Notes: a model not told the origin generated them from the letters alone. Shown: positions 1 through 12,924, numbered from the whole stretch's first letter. The stretch: 63,409 bases of DNA, filler included, from Chiloscyllium plagiosum (GCF_004010195.1; 5 parts of one record of this genome joined end to end with filler, not necessarily neighbours in it), one strand, 5' to 3'. Program-made: numbers and translations.

Positions 1-256
1 CGCCCCCACCCCAGTCTGACCTATTACCCTCACCTTGACCTCTTTCCACCTATCACATTTCCGACGCCCCTCCCCCAAGTCCCTCCTCCCTATCTTTTAT
101 CTTAGCCTGCTGGACCAACTTTCCTCATTCCTGAAGAAGGGCTAATGCCCGAAACGTCGATTCTCCTGTTCCCTAGATGCTGCCTGACCTGCTGCGCTTT
201 TCCAGCAACACATTTCCATCTCTGATCTCCAGCATCTGCAGACCTCACTTTCTCCA
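1..256 (+). mobile_element. Penelope-like pLTR / non-autonomous derivative
   Basis: ctgaagaagggctaatgcccgaaacgtc followed by gatgctgcctgacctgctg...tccagcatctgcag. Confidence 0.8.
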
Positions 257-259
257 CAG

Positions 260-3200
260 AGTATTACAGTAAAACAACTAAGTCAGAGGGAGTACAACTA
301 TTAATTTTCAAGGGAGTAAGGCAAGGCTGGATGGTCTTTAATGCTAGGAATGTCACAGATAAAATGGATGAGTGAAAGATGATGACTAACGCATGAAAGT
401 TTGATATAGTAGCCATTATAGAGACTTGGTTGAGGGAGGGATAAGATAGGCAACTCAATGTTCCTGGATATAGAATCTTCAGGTGAGACAGAGGAAGGAG
501 TAAAAGAGGAGGAAGCATTGCATTATTAGTTAAGGAGACAGTTACTGCAGTGAGGGGAGATGATGTCTTGGAGGTGGCATCAAATGAAGTTTAGTCGGAA
601 AGGCTTAAAAATAAAAAAGGGGCAGCCACATTGATCGGTGTTTAGTAATCAAAAAAGGGGCAGCCACATTGATCGGTGTTTAGTAATCTCCCATCAGAGT
701 CAGCAGGTAATTGAAGAACAAATTTGTGCAGAATTCATGGAGGTGTGTAAAAAAATAATAACAAAGGGTAATTATATCTTGGAGGTGGCATCAAATGAAG
801 TTTTGTCGGAAAGGCTTAAAAATAAAAAAGGGGCAGCCACATTGCTCGGTGTTTAGTAATCTCCCATCAGAGTCAGCAGGTAATTGAAGAACAAATTTGT
901 GCAGAATTCATGGAGGTGTGTAAAAAAATAATAACAAAGGGTAATTATAGTCAGAATTTCAACTTTCCCAACATTAACTGGAATAGACATAGCGTTAAGA
1001 GTCTGGATGGAGTGCATTTCTTGAAATGTGTACAGGAGAACTTCTTAGGCCAATATGTAGAGGGAGAAAGAAGCCAGTCAGGTGGTTGAGATGGTGGTGA
1101 GGGAGTATTTTAGTGATAGTGAATACAAGATGGTACAATTTAAGCTTATTATGTACAAAGAAATAGACAAGTTACAAAAAAATGTTTTGAAATGGATGGA
1201 GAGCGGATTTTAGTAAAATAAGGCAGGGTCTGGCCGGGGAAGACTGGGAACAGCTACAGGTGGGTAAATCGATAGGAAAGCAGTGGGAGAAATTCAAAAA
1301 GGAAATGGGAAGGGTACAAGCCCAACATGTTCCCTCAACAGTGATAGGAAAGAGTAACAAATCCAGAGAGCTACAGATGAACAGAGATATTTAGGATATG
1401 ATGAAAAGCAAAAGGGAAACTTTTAGCGGGTACACGGGGAACAAATAAGCAAAGGCATTAGTGAAGTACAGACAGTGTAGGGTGGAGCTTAACAGAGATA
1501 TGCGAAAACTCTGGCTGGTAAAAGAAAGAAAAATCATGATATTGGATAAGTATATTAATGGGGAGAGGATAACTTAGGAAAGTGTAGGGCCTATTTGAGA
1601 CCAAGGGGACAATCTGTGGGTGGAGCCAGGGATCATTGGTAGAGTGTTGATCCAATACTTTACATCTGTCTTCACTCAAGAGAATGCAGATGAAGGTACG
1701 GAACCCAGGGAGAGAGACTCAGGTGCTTGAGCAAATTGACATTGGGAAGTACAAGGCATTGATGGTGTTGGCAAGCTCAAAGGATGACAAATCTCCAGGT
1801 GGACCAGGCTGCTATGACAAGGAAGGAGATTGCAAGGACACTGACCCAAATTGTTAATTCCTCTCTAGCCACAGGAGGACTAGAGAACAGCTAATATGGG
1901 TCTTACATTTAAGAAGGGTTATAGAGATAATCAAGAGAACTGGAGACCAGTGGGTCTCATGTCAGTGGTTGAGAAACTATGGAGAAAATTCTGAAGGATA
2001 GCACCTACCTGCAATTGAAGAGGCAAGGCTTGATCAGGGGTAGTCAGCATGGCTTTGTCAGAAGGATATCATGCCTAACAAATTTGTTTGAATGTTTTGA
2101 GGAGGTGACAAGGTGTATAGATGAGGATAGTGCAGCTGTAGTTTATATGGATTTCAGCAAAGCCTTTGACAAGGTTCCACATAGCAGACTTATCAAGAAG
2201 GCAAGTGCACAATGACGTACCTGATAATTTGATAAACTTGAAAAAATTGATTCAGTTGTAGGAGACAGAGGATGATGGTAGGATATTTTAGTGACTAGAA
2301 GCCAGTGTTCAGTGGCGCACCACAGGTATCTGTGCTGGGTCCCCATTATTTATCATTTATATAAATGACACAGATGACTCTCTCATCTGCAATCTTACTA
2401 ATCTTACACAAAGATTAGTCGAGTGGTCAACAGTGAGTCTGAGTGTCTTGGGCTACAAGAAGATATAAACAGGATGGTTAAGTGGGCAGATAAGTGGCAA
2501 ATAGAATTTAACCCTGAAAAGTGTGAGGTAGTACACGTTGGAAAAAATAATTTTACAAGGAAGTATTCAATGAATGGCATGATAGTAGAAGTTCTGTCGA
2601 ACAATGGGACCTTGGACTGTTTATCCATAGATCTCTGAAAATGGAAGGGCTTGTTAGTAGGGTGTAGAAAAAGGTATATGGGGCACTTGGCTTTATCAAT
2701 TGAATCATAGATTACAATTGCAAATCCTGATGGAATTGTATAGAACTTTATTGAGACCACAGCTACAGTGCAGTTCTTGTCTCCCCACTACAGTAAGAAT
2801 GTGAATGCACTGGAGGGGTTTCAAAGGAGATTCATGAAAATGCTGCCTGGGATGGAAAATTTAAGTTACGAGAAAAGGTGGGATAGGCTTGACGTTTTCA
2901 TTGGAACAGAGAAGACTGAGGGGCACTTAGATTGAAGTATACAAGATTATGAGGATCATAGAGTGAATAAGGAGCAGTTGTTCCCCTTAGTTGAAGTGTC
3001 AGTCATGAGGGGACAAAGATTCAAAGTGAAGGACAGAAGGTTTGGGAGGGAAGAGAGGAGAGGTCTTTTACCCAGAGGGTGGTGATGTCCTGGAATGTAC
3101 TGCCTAGAAGAGTGGTAGAGGAGAGTTGCCTCACATCCTATCTAGATGAGCACTTGATATGTCATAACATTCAAGGTGATGTGGTAAGTGTTGGTAAAAG

Positions 3201-3286
3201 GGATTAGGTCGAAGGTGAGGTGTTTCTCACATGGTCCAGATTTGTTGGGCCGAAGGGCATCTTCTACACTGTATGATTCTATGATA
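260..3286 (+). mobile_element. CR1 LINE, near-complete decayed ORF2 (endonuclease to RT) with 3' tail
   Basis: FDIVAIIETW, SQHGFVRRISCLTNL, VYMDFSKAFDKVPH, WQIEFNPEKCEV; tail ctgtatgattctatga. Confidence 0.92.
567..948 (+). repeat. Tandem duplication of about 175 bp with a nested duplication of about 38 bp inside CR1
   Basis: tcttggaggtggcatcaaatgaag...gggtaattata occurs at 567-776 and 777-948. Confidence 0.9.
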
Positions 3287-3289
3287 AAC

Positions 3290-6200
3290 TCCAGAGAGTG
3301 GAGTCCCAACCTTTGCTCAGAAGACAATTCCTCCATACCAGTGATCATCCTAATGAATGGCCTACTCTTGATCCACCTCCATTTAAGAGGACCAGAACTG
3401 CACTCAGTACTCCACGAGTGGCCTCACCAACACCTTGTACAGTTGCAGTAAGTCTTCCGTAGTCTTATACTCCCAACTCCATTGAAATAAGAGCCAATAT
3501 TCTACTAGCCTTCCTGATTATCCAGTGCAGCTATGTGCTAGCTTTCTATGTTCATGCCCAAGTACCCCCAAGCCTCTTTACATTGAAGCTATCTCCATTT
3601 AAATAATATTATGTTCTTTTGTTCTTCCTTGCAAAGTGTTTCTACCTCTGCCTCTACCACCAATACAGGCAGTGGCTTCCATTTCCCACCACCCTCTGTG
3701 TGAAAAAAAGTCTTCATATCCCACTAAACGTCCTCTTAGCCTAAATCTATCCCTCACAGTCAATTGAGCCCCCTACCAAGGGGAAAAGTTTCTTCCTATC
3801 TACCCTATGTCCTTCAATTATATTCATGTCAATCATGTCTCCCTTCAGTCTCCTCTGCTTCAAGGAAAACAGCCCGAATCTTTCCTCATAATCAAATCCC
3901 TCTAGCCCAGGCAATGTCCTGGTAAATCTCCTCTGCACATTCCACAGCTCTCACGTAATGTGGATTTCAGAACTGCACACATTACTATCGCTGTGACCTT
4001 GTCAATATTTAAACCTCCCTGCTCTTAAACTCTATGGCTCAGCTAATAAAGATAAGTATCATGAGTAAATTCAGTGATGGTAATACCATTGAATGTCAAG
4101 GGGTAGTGATTATATAATATCAGAGATGGTCATTGCCTGGCATTTGTGTGGCACGAATGATACTTGCCACTTGTCAGCCGAAACCTAGATATTATCCAGG
4201 TCTTGCTGAATTTTGACATGGACTACTTCAGTATCTGAGAAGGCACAATTGGCGCTGAACATTGCACATTTATTATTGAACATTCCCACTTCTCCATCCT
4301 TATGATGGAGAGGAGGTCAATGATGAAACAGCTGAAGATGGTTGAGCCTAGGACACTACCCTGAGGAATTCCTGCAGAGATATTCTGGAATTGAGATGAC
4401 TGTCTTTGAACAACCATGAACATCTTCCTATGTGCCATGTTTGACTCCAAACAGCAAAGAGTTTGCCTCCTGATACCCATTGATTCCAGTTTTCTCGGAC
4501 TTCTCGATGCTACATTCAGTCAAATGCAGTCTTGATGTCAAGAGCTGTCAATCTCACCTCACCTCTGGAATGCAGTTTGTTGAATTGAGGCTATAATGAG
4601 GTCAGGAACTGAGTGGATCCCAAGGTTATTTGACAGCACTGATGATGACACCTTCCATCATTCTTTTATTTAGTCATTCATGGTATATGGGCATCACTGA
4701 CCAGGCCACCCATCGGTAATTGCCCAGAGAACAGTTAAGTGCCAACAATATTACTGTGGTTTTGGAGTCACATATAGGTCAGGCCAGGTAAAGATGACAG
4801 TTTCCTTCCCTGAAGGACATTACTGAACCAGATGAGTTTTTCCTGATAATTAGATTCAAGAATTGCTTTCTCCCGGCTTTTATCAGACTTTTGAACAGAC
4901 CTCTCAAATGTTAATTCTGATCTCCCTCTGCACTTTCGTCACTTTATTCTGCACTCTGTTCTGCTACTCTGATACACTGTGTTTGGTACGATCTGCCTGT
5001 ATGGCATGCAGATCAACACCTTTCACTGTACTTCAGTACATGTGACAACAATAAATCAAATCGCAGTGGTTTAATGGTCATCATTAGACTAATTCCAGAT
5101 GCTTTTTTGTAAATTTATTGAATTAAAATTGCACCATCTGCTGTGGAAGAATTCAAACCTGGGTCCCAGAACATTACCGAGGTCTCTGGATTAATAATCC
5201 CGAGATAAAACCAATTGGCCATTGACTCCCCTAACTTTACAGATGATCAAGAGTAGACTGATGGGATGGTAGTTGGCTGGGTTGATTTGTCCTGATTTTT
5301 GTTTACAGGATATACCTAGCAAACGTTCCATGTGCCAGCACAAATGTCTGTTGGAACAACCTGGTAGGGACGCAGCAAATTCTGGAGCACAAACCTTCAA
5401 TATTATTGCCAGAATGCTGTCAGAGACCAGAGTTTTGCAGTATCCGATACCTTCACCCATCTCTTGATAACATGTGGAATGAATGGAGTTGACTTAAGAT
5501 GACCAACTGTGATCCTAGGGATGTCTGGAGGAGGTGGAGGTGGATCACTGCCAGCAATTGTTATAAATACTTCATCCTTATCAGCACCTGATTGTTGCAG
5601 GTGGGGTAGTATGCAGAGCCTCCTCCTCCAGTGTACACAATTCATAAACAATTGAACTCGGTGCAGGACTAGGCAATGCAGGATTTTCAGCCATGTTCTG
5701 CTATTCAAATATGATCATGGCTGATTTCATTTCAGCTTCACCTTCTCACCCACGTCCCATAGCTCTTCAACACATTATTAATTAAACATCTGCCTATCTC
5801 CTCCTTAAATTTACTCAATATTCTGGCATCCACCACTGGGACAGTGAAGTTCACAGATTCTTGACTCTGAGAGAAGTAACTTCTCCTCATCTCTGATTTA
5901 AATCTGCTACCCCCTTATCCTAAAGCTATGACCTCTCATTCCAGATTGTCTCACAAGAGAAAATATCATCTTGACATATACTTTGTCGATCCCCTTTAGT
6001 ATTTTATATACCTTAATTGGATCTCCTCTCATTCTTCTAAATCTCAGAGAATGTAGGCCTAAACTGTTCAATATATCTTCATTAGGCAAACCTTTCATCT
6101 CTGGAATGAACCTCCTCTGAACTGCATCCAAGCAACTACATCCCTCCTCAAGTAAGGGGACTAAAAGTGTACACAGTATTCCAGATACAGTTTCACTAAT

Positions 6201-7230
6201 GCTTTGCATAGTTGCAGAACATTACCTTTACACTCTATCCTTTTAGTAATAAATGGCAAAATTTCATTTACCTCCCTTTATTACCTGTTGTACCTGCATA
6301 CTAATTTTCTGTGATTTGTGCTTGAGGACACTCTGATCCTTCCACTGAAGTACTCTGAAGTTTCTTTCCATTTAGATAATATGTTGCCTTTCTATTCTTC
6401 CAACAAACGTTCATGACTGAATATGACAGGACTGGAGCTTAAATCTGATCATGAGATTTCTTAGCTCTATCACTTGTTGCATATGCTGTTTGGTACGCAA
6501 GTAGTCCTGTTTTGTAGCTTCACAAGGTTGACACCTGATTTTAGGTATACCTTGTGCTGCCCCTGGCATTCTCTCTTGTTTTTTTAAATTGAATCAGAGT
6601 TCTTGCTGAGGCTTGATGGAAATGGTATAGTGGGGATATCCCAGGCCACGAGGTTGCAGATGTGGTGGAAAATAGTTTTTCTGCAGTTGATGGTCCATAG
6701 TGTCTCACAGATGCCCAGTCTCGTGTTGTTAGACCTGTTTGAAATCTATTTCATTTAGCATGGTGATAGCACCACATAACACAATGGAGGTTATTCTCAA
6801 TTTGAAGACGGGACTTTGTCTCCACCAGGACTGTGCGGTGGTCACTCATATCGATACTTTAATAGATAGATGCATCTGTGGCCAGCAGATTAATCAGGAG
6901 CTGGTCAAGTACGTTTTTCTATTTATTTGGCTCCTTCAGTACCTCCTGCTCACTTAGTCTAGCAAAGATGTACCTTGAGCCCAATCAATAGTGGTGCTAT
7001 CAAGCTGGTCTCGGTGATAGACACTGAAGCCGTCCACCGAGAGTACATTCTGCACCTTCCCCATGCCCCACTCCAACCCCCCCCCACCTCCCCCCACCCA
7101 CTCCATACCTACTTCAACTATTGTTCATCATTGGGTGTACTGAATCATCTGCCAGGAGAAGATGCGTGGTACGTGGTAATCAGCAGGAGGTTTCTTTGTC
7201 CACATTTGCCCTGGTATTATGAAACCTCTT
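3290..7230 (-). mobile_element. Cluster of old CR1-type LINE fragments
   Basis: ORFs MQRRFTRTLPGLEG, GIPQGSVLG, NPANYHPISLL, AVQRRFIPEMKGL. Confidence 0.8.
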
Positions 7231-7710
7231 GAGGTCAGGAGTCTCTTCCTGGGAAAGTGAGTTACAGTTTGCCTTGCAGGGCTTCCTGAAAATACCCCCC
7301 TTATCCTCTTACAAATTGAGGAGGGAGTGGGTCGACTAGCTCAGTTGGTTGGACAGCCAGTTTACAATGCAGAGTGATGCCAACAGCATGGGTTCACTTC
7401 CTACACAGGCTGAGGTTACCATGAACAACTGTCATAGAATCATACAGCACAGAAACAGACCCATCAGTCCAACTCATCCATGCCAATCAGATATCCTCAA
7501 TTAATCTAGTCCTATTTGGCTCATATCCCTCTAAACTCCTCCCATTCATGTACTGTGGGAGATTTGTTGTAACCCAAGCAGCCATCTTGTCACATATTAA
7601 AAGCCTGGAATCCATTTTATTTCTCATCTTAGTGTTTGCTTGTATGCTCCTGCCCTCAGCAACATGGCTGTCCTTGTAGTTGTCCTAGCACTTCATAGTG
7701 AACTCTGTCC

Positions 7711-8102
7711 CATGGGAATGTTCTTTTTTTTTTAAAGAACCTCTGACATTCCTTTTTGTCCTTTTTTCTCTTTCTTAAACCCCCACACTACCACCTAACT
7801 GCGGTAGTGCTTATATTTTCCCCCAGCACCCATGTGTGTGTGCAGGTGTGAGACACAAGGTGCGCGAATCTTTATTCAAACTTCCACCACCCGGAAGAAA
7901 GGAAACACCCGAGTGGCCTGTGACAAGCAGTGACCTTCACATCAAAGGGCAATGCTGTGTGATCAAAAAAGCCGACTGCATCTGGTATTCCCAGTCGGAA
8001 TCCCATCCAAGTACTAACCAGGCCTGAGTCTGCTTAGCCTCCGAGGTCAGACGAGACCGGGCGTTTTCAGACTAGTATGGCGTAGGCCATGGGAATGTTC
8101 TT
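7711..8102 (-). mobile_element. 5S rRNA-Tx1 3' UTR chimeric retroposon with poly(A) and 15-bp TSD
   Basis: TSD catgggaatgttctt at 7711-7725 and 8088-8102; T10 at 7724-7733; body 7780-7964 aligns with the Tx1 3' UTR at 25296-25490. Confidence 0.88.
7968..8087 (-). pseudogene. 5S rRNA retrocopy (head of a 5S-Tx1 chimera)
   Basis: The minus strand reads GCCTACGCCATACTAGTCTGAAAACGCCCGGTCTCGTCTGACCTCGGAGGCTAAGCAG...GGTTAGTACTTGGATGGGA..CCGACTGGGAATACCAG...GGCTTTTTT. This is a full-length 5S with several substitutions and a one-G deletion, present as a single copy rather than an array. Confidence 0.93.
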
Positions 8103-9049
8103 CTTTTACAATGAGCTATTGTTATACTAACGTTGCTTATCAAATACTAACTAGCACTGTCCAGACAGCTACGTGACTGAGTCTAGTGACTGGGCCGATT
8201 GCCCACTTACTCATTATGGTTCAATTAACAGTTTGCTAATTGTTAAATGATTGTAACCTATATAATCACGCAACCCTCTGCAGCTCGTCAGAGTGACTTG
8301 TGACCATCGTGGTCGACTTGTCTCTCCCTGCGAGCTCATGAAACAGTCAATAACTCAAGGCTTGTGTGGCGAGAGTCAGTTTCTTTAATTCAGATCGATA
8401 CGAGCGAGCCTTAGTAAGAATTTTTCCATCCCACATCCCTTTTAGATGTTGTAAATACACCAGCCTCCACCACTGCCTCTGGCAAATTAGTCCATACACA
8501 CACCACCTTCTACGTGAAAAATTGCCACTTATGTCCCTTTTATATCTTTCCTCTCTCACCTTTAACCTATGCCCTCTAGTTTTGGACTCCCCTATCCTGG
8601 GAAAAAGACAGTGGTTATTCAACCTATCCATGACCCTCATAATTTTATAACCCAACAAAAGTCACCCTTCAGCCTCCAACACTGCAGGGAACATAGCCCA
8701 GCCTATTCAGCCTCTCCCTATAGCTCAAACCCTCCAACCCCGGCAACATTCTTGTAAATCTTTTCTGCACCCTTGCAAGATTAACAATATTTCTCCTATA
8801 GTCAGGAGACCAGAAATGGCCAAGGTGTGATGACCTTCATGTTAAACCATCAAGTTATCTCTCTCTAATGGGACAGCAGCCTTATGATCTGCTAAGACTA
8901 TGGTGACTTTATCTTTATTACCTCTAACATCTCAACCTCATCTTGCTAATTACCTTGATATGTGGTACCTGATTATACCGGATATTTATTATGTTTCCTG
9001 GTTCCCTTTATCTAGGCTGATTATTATGTCATCAAAGTACTTTAATATA

Positions 9050-9125
9050 TTTATTTAATAAATTTGAAGCAATGTTGATGCTGCTCGATTACATTGCGTA
9101 TTTGCAAATGCTGTGCAATTTTATT
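9050..9125 (-). terminator. Candidate NSUN6 polyadenylation signals (AATAAA at 9125-9120 and 9055-9050)
   Basis: tttatt hexamers on the plus strand, about 600-670 nt past the stop, in unique AT-rich sequence. Confidence 0.4.
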
Positions 9126-9718
9126 GCTGATATTAGTCTATTTCATTCATCACCTATAAAAGTACAAAATTTAACAATCATTAAAAATTACAAATGACAA
9201 AAAAAATTCACATTTCTATTTTATAAATCACAAAACATATTCACTTATGTTTAAATATAACATGAAACTCGTAAAATTCAACATTAAGTACATACATTTC
9301 ACATGCAGTTTTGTACATTCCATCGACAAACCTTTTTTTAAGAAATGAGTAAGTGGCTGAAACCAAATGTTGCAACTTGGGTTCTGTATAAAATGCAAAA
9401 GCCCATAATGATCTTTCTCACTGCATGGTTTATGACCCCATTGAACAGCTGGCAAAATCTACTGCTACCATAGCAACAATGCTTTTGAATTGCCGTCACA
9501 AGAATATACTGATGATGCTCTTAACAGAGCTTCAGGTTTTCAGTCCACAAAGAACCTACAAATGATTAAACCACTAATGAATGATGTACACTATAAACAT
9601 CAATAACCAGATCTAAACTCCTTACCGATGCTAATGGGCCTGCATCTAATTCCCATCATCTCCTGTTTTTGTTTTGTATTTCCAGAATTTGGGTTATTTT
9701 AATTACAGTTAATAACTG

Positions 9719-9937
9719 TTAGCCATCCTGCATCTTCATAAATTTAGCAATAAAGAAGCCTATTGTGTCCTTATTAGCAGACTTGATTAAGTGTTCTATC
9801 TGGCTGCTGTCCAGATCTGAACAAGAAACACTGGTATGCCCTTCAGTCACGCTGGCTGGATCAAATCTCTGCAGCAATTGCCGCTGATCATTGGACAGAC
9901 CAGCACCCATCATTCCTTCTTCACCCAGGTGAGGTTC
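9719..9937 (-). CDS. NSUN6: NSUN6 terminal coding exon 11 (EPHLGEEGM...LQRFDP...NKDTIGFFIAKFMKMQDG*)
   Basis: 219 nt; catatag| acceptor; TAA at 9721-9719. Confidence 0.97.
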   Translation of the reverse strand, partial: EPHLGEEGMMGAGLSNDQRQLLQRFDPASVTEGHTSVSCSDLDSSQIEHLIKSANKDTIGFFIAKFMKMQDG

Positions 9938-10649
9938 CTATATGAAAAGATGCATGTTTAAAAAGAAAACCTAATCCATTAAAAGTAGTGTTTTTGGAGC
10001 AAATAGATTGCAAATGCAAAAACAAAAAAATTAAATTTAAACTTTATGAACATTCTCTTTTCACTCATATCAAGTAGAACATTGAAAAATGACATTATAA
10101 ACATAAAACCTCTAATTATGAATAATGATTTAAATACAAAGAGACAACAACAACTTCATTATCAAAGTTGAAGTAAAACTTTTTATTTCAGAAACACAAA
10201 CTTATAAAAAATTCTATCTGGGATCTTGACATACATGCTGAGTCTAAAGTCCTAAAATGAAGAATTAATTACGCCCATTTCTCCACAAAAATAAAGTTAC
10301 TTAAGGTTGGTGAAACCACAACAATACTGACAGCCATGATACCAAGAACTAAGATTGTGACTGGATGTTGAAACAATGGTAGTTACGAGGGTTTGGGTAA
10401 TGGGAGTGACACCCCAACTTAATTTAAAATGTATGAAGTTTAGAAGTACCATACTTTGGTACCTACTTCCCAAGCATCCCAAGATAAAAACTGGTCCAGT
10501 GGATTTCTCGGTCTCTAGCCACATCCAAGATTTCCTAATACTTGTTCTCAAATGATAATAATCGCATTTATTTCCTCCTCATCTTTTGCCTCTTTTTTTC
10601 AGTAATTTTGGAATGCTTTTGAAGTCCTCCCCAGTGAACATCGGTACAA

Positions 10650-11601
10650 AGGGGGTGGACGAGGGGAAAGCAGTAGATGTGGTATATATGGATTTTAGTA
10701 AGGCGTTTGATAAGGTTCCCCATGGTAGACTACTGCAAAAAATACGGAGGTATGGCATGGAGGGTGAGTTGGAGGTTTGGATTAGGAATTGGCTGGCTGG
10801 AAGAAGACAGAGGGTAGTAGTGGATGGCAAAGGTTCATCTTGGAGTGCCATCACTAGCGGTGTTCCGCAAGGATCTGTTTTGGGACCATTGCTGTTTGTC
10901 ATTTTTATAAATGACCTGGAAGAGGGGTTAGAAGGTTGGGTGAGCAAGTTTGCGGATGACACAAAAGTCGGAGGAGTTGTTGACAGTGAGGAAGCATGTG
11001 GCAGGTTACAGAAGGATATAGAGAAGCTGCAGAGCTGGGCAGAAAGGTGGCAAATGGAATTCAATGTAGCTAAGTGTGAGGTGATTCACTTTGGGAAGAA
11101 TAACAAAAAGATGGGGTACTGGGCTAATGGTCGGATACTTGGTAGTGTGGATGAGCAGAGGGATCTTGGTGTCCATGTACACAGATCTCTGAAAGTTGCC
11201 ACCCAGGTAAATAGTGCGGTGAGGAAGGCATATGGCGTACTGGCTTTTATTGGAAGAGGAATTGAGTTCCGGAGTACTGAGGTCATGTTGCAGTTGTATA
11301 AGACTCTGGTGCGGCCGCATCGGGAATATTGTGTGCAGTTTTGGTCGCCAGACTATAGGAAGGATGTGGAGGCACTGGAACGGGTGCAGAGGAGGTTTAC
11401 CAGGATGTTGCCTGGTATGGAAGAAAAATCGTATGAGGAAAGACTGAGGCACTTGGGGCTGTTTACACTAGAGAAAAGAAGGTTTAGGGGCGACTTGATA
11501 GAGGTGTATAAGATGATTAGGGGTTTAGATAGGGTCAACTTGGATCGGCGCAACATCGAGGGCCGAAGGGCCTGTACTGCGCTGTATTCTTCTATGTTCT
11601 A
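10650..11601 (+). mobile_element. Young 5'-truncated CR1 (RT region open for about 300 aa; internal 3' deletion near 11535)
   Basis: [31 protein letters not shown]; tail ttctatgttcta. Confidence 0.95.
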
Positions 11602-12061
11602 AAGTATTTATTCAGCTCCCTATAAATACTATGGCAACAAGAGCAGGTCAGAGGCTAGGAAACCTGCTGCAAGTAACTCACATGTAAAAGCCTGTTCAGT
11701 ATCTACAAGGCACAAGTCAGGAGTGTGGTAAAATATTCTCCATAAGCCCAGAAAAGTGTAGCTCAAACAACACTTTGGCAGGTTGTCACTAACCTGGCTA
11801 AGAAGCCTGTGTGATTGGCACCACATCCACTAAAGGATCAACATACAGAACCAGCTGGCATAGTCAGCAAAGCCCACATCCCATGAATGATTAAAGAATG
11901 GTCGACTAAGCACTTAACAGCTTCAGATCACAGCAATGAATATGACTAGATAAACATGCATCTTTTACTCATTCATGGGATAGAGGCATCACTGGCTAGA
12001 TGCCAGTGTTACCAATGTTAAAAAATATTTCCAATTTTTTAAAAAATCAAAATTTAAAACG

Positions 12062-12607
12062 TACTGTTGGAATATTGCATGCAATTGTGGTCTCCTTCCT
12101 ATCAGAAAGGTGTTGTGAAACTTGAAAAGGGTTCAGAAAAGACTTACAAGGATGTTGCCAGAGCTGGAGGATTTGAGCTATAGGGAGAGGCTGAACAGGC
12201 TGGGGCTGTTTTCCTGGAGCGTCGGAGGTTAAGGGGTGACCTTATAGAGGTTTACAAAATCATGAGGGGCACGGATAGGGTAAACAGACAAAGTCTTTAC
12301 CCTGGGGTCAGGGAGTCCAGATCTAGAGGACATAGGTTTAGGGTGAGAGGGGAAAGATATAAGAGAGACCTAAGGGGCAACTTTTTCACATAGAGGGTGG
12401 TACATGTATGGAATGAGCTGCCAGAGGATGTGGTGGAGGCTGGTACAATTGCAACATTTAAGAGGCATTTGGATGGGTATATGAATAGGAAGGGTTTGGA
12501 GGGATATGGGCTGGGTGCTAGCAGGTGGGGCTAGATTGGGTTGGGATATCTGGTCGGTATGGACGGGTTGGAGCTGTTTCCATGCTGTACATCTCTATGA
12601 CTCTATG
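12062..12607 (+). mobile_element. CR1 3' fragment
   Basis: LEYCMQLWSP...; tail ctctatgactctatg. Confidence 0.9.
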
Positions 12608-12691
12608 TACAAATCACACAGATTTATTGGAGAAAATGGTCTATAACAATCATTTTATAAGCTGCATTAACTCGGTTAATTACATACTTAC

Positions 12692-12817
12692 CTGTGACTG
12701 TAGGCTTAAACAAGGAAAAGAATCGAGTGCCCAGGCAACTTGTTCTTCATTTTCTGTCAGTGTTATTGTACAAGTGCTATATACCAAAATGCCTCCAGGT
12801 TTTAGTAAGTTCACTGC
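12692..12817 (-). CDS. NSUN6: NSUN6 coding exon 10 (AVNLLKPGGILVYSTCTITLTENEEQVAWAL, motif VI Cys)
   Basis: 126 nt; ttcctag| acceptor and |gtaagt donor. Confidence 0.98.
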
Positions 12818-12924
12818 CTAGGAAAACATTTCAGAGTTTGAAACCAGAGGCAAACATCAAATCAAAAAATTGCAGAAGCTAGAATTCTAAGATAAAAGCA
12901 GAAATACTCAACATGGTTAGAGAC

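Larger units (their letters stand above)
7554..8435 (+). mobile_element. Probable solo LTR (about 500 bp without the nested 5S chimera) interrupting a CR1 3' end
   Basis: Termini TGTGGGA...TCCCACA form a 7-bp inverted repeat; TATATAA near 8259; CR1 sequence resumes on both sides; no TSD seen. Confidence 0.55.
7325..8915 (+). mobile_element. tRNA-derived SINE split by a CR1 3' fragment (minus strand; about 7432-7553 and 8436-8815)
   Basis: Head tagctcagttgg...ggttcacttcc (A/B boxes) at 7325-7430; tail at 8815-8915 matches the uninterrupted copy at 41425-41645. Confidence 0.65.

Noticed and set aside
7968..8087. Functional 5S rRNA gene or 5S array
   Set aside because: It is a single copy with substitutions in conserved positions, and it is flanked by a TSD and fused to a LINE tail, so it is a retrocopy.
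10586..11602. 338-aa reverse transcriptase ORF as a domesticated gene or retron-like system
   Set aside because: It is an ordinary 5'-truncated young CR1 copy with no ATG, an internal 3' deletion and a CR1 tail; many paralogues occur in the window.
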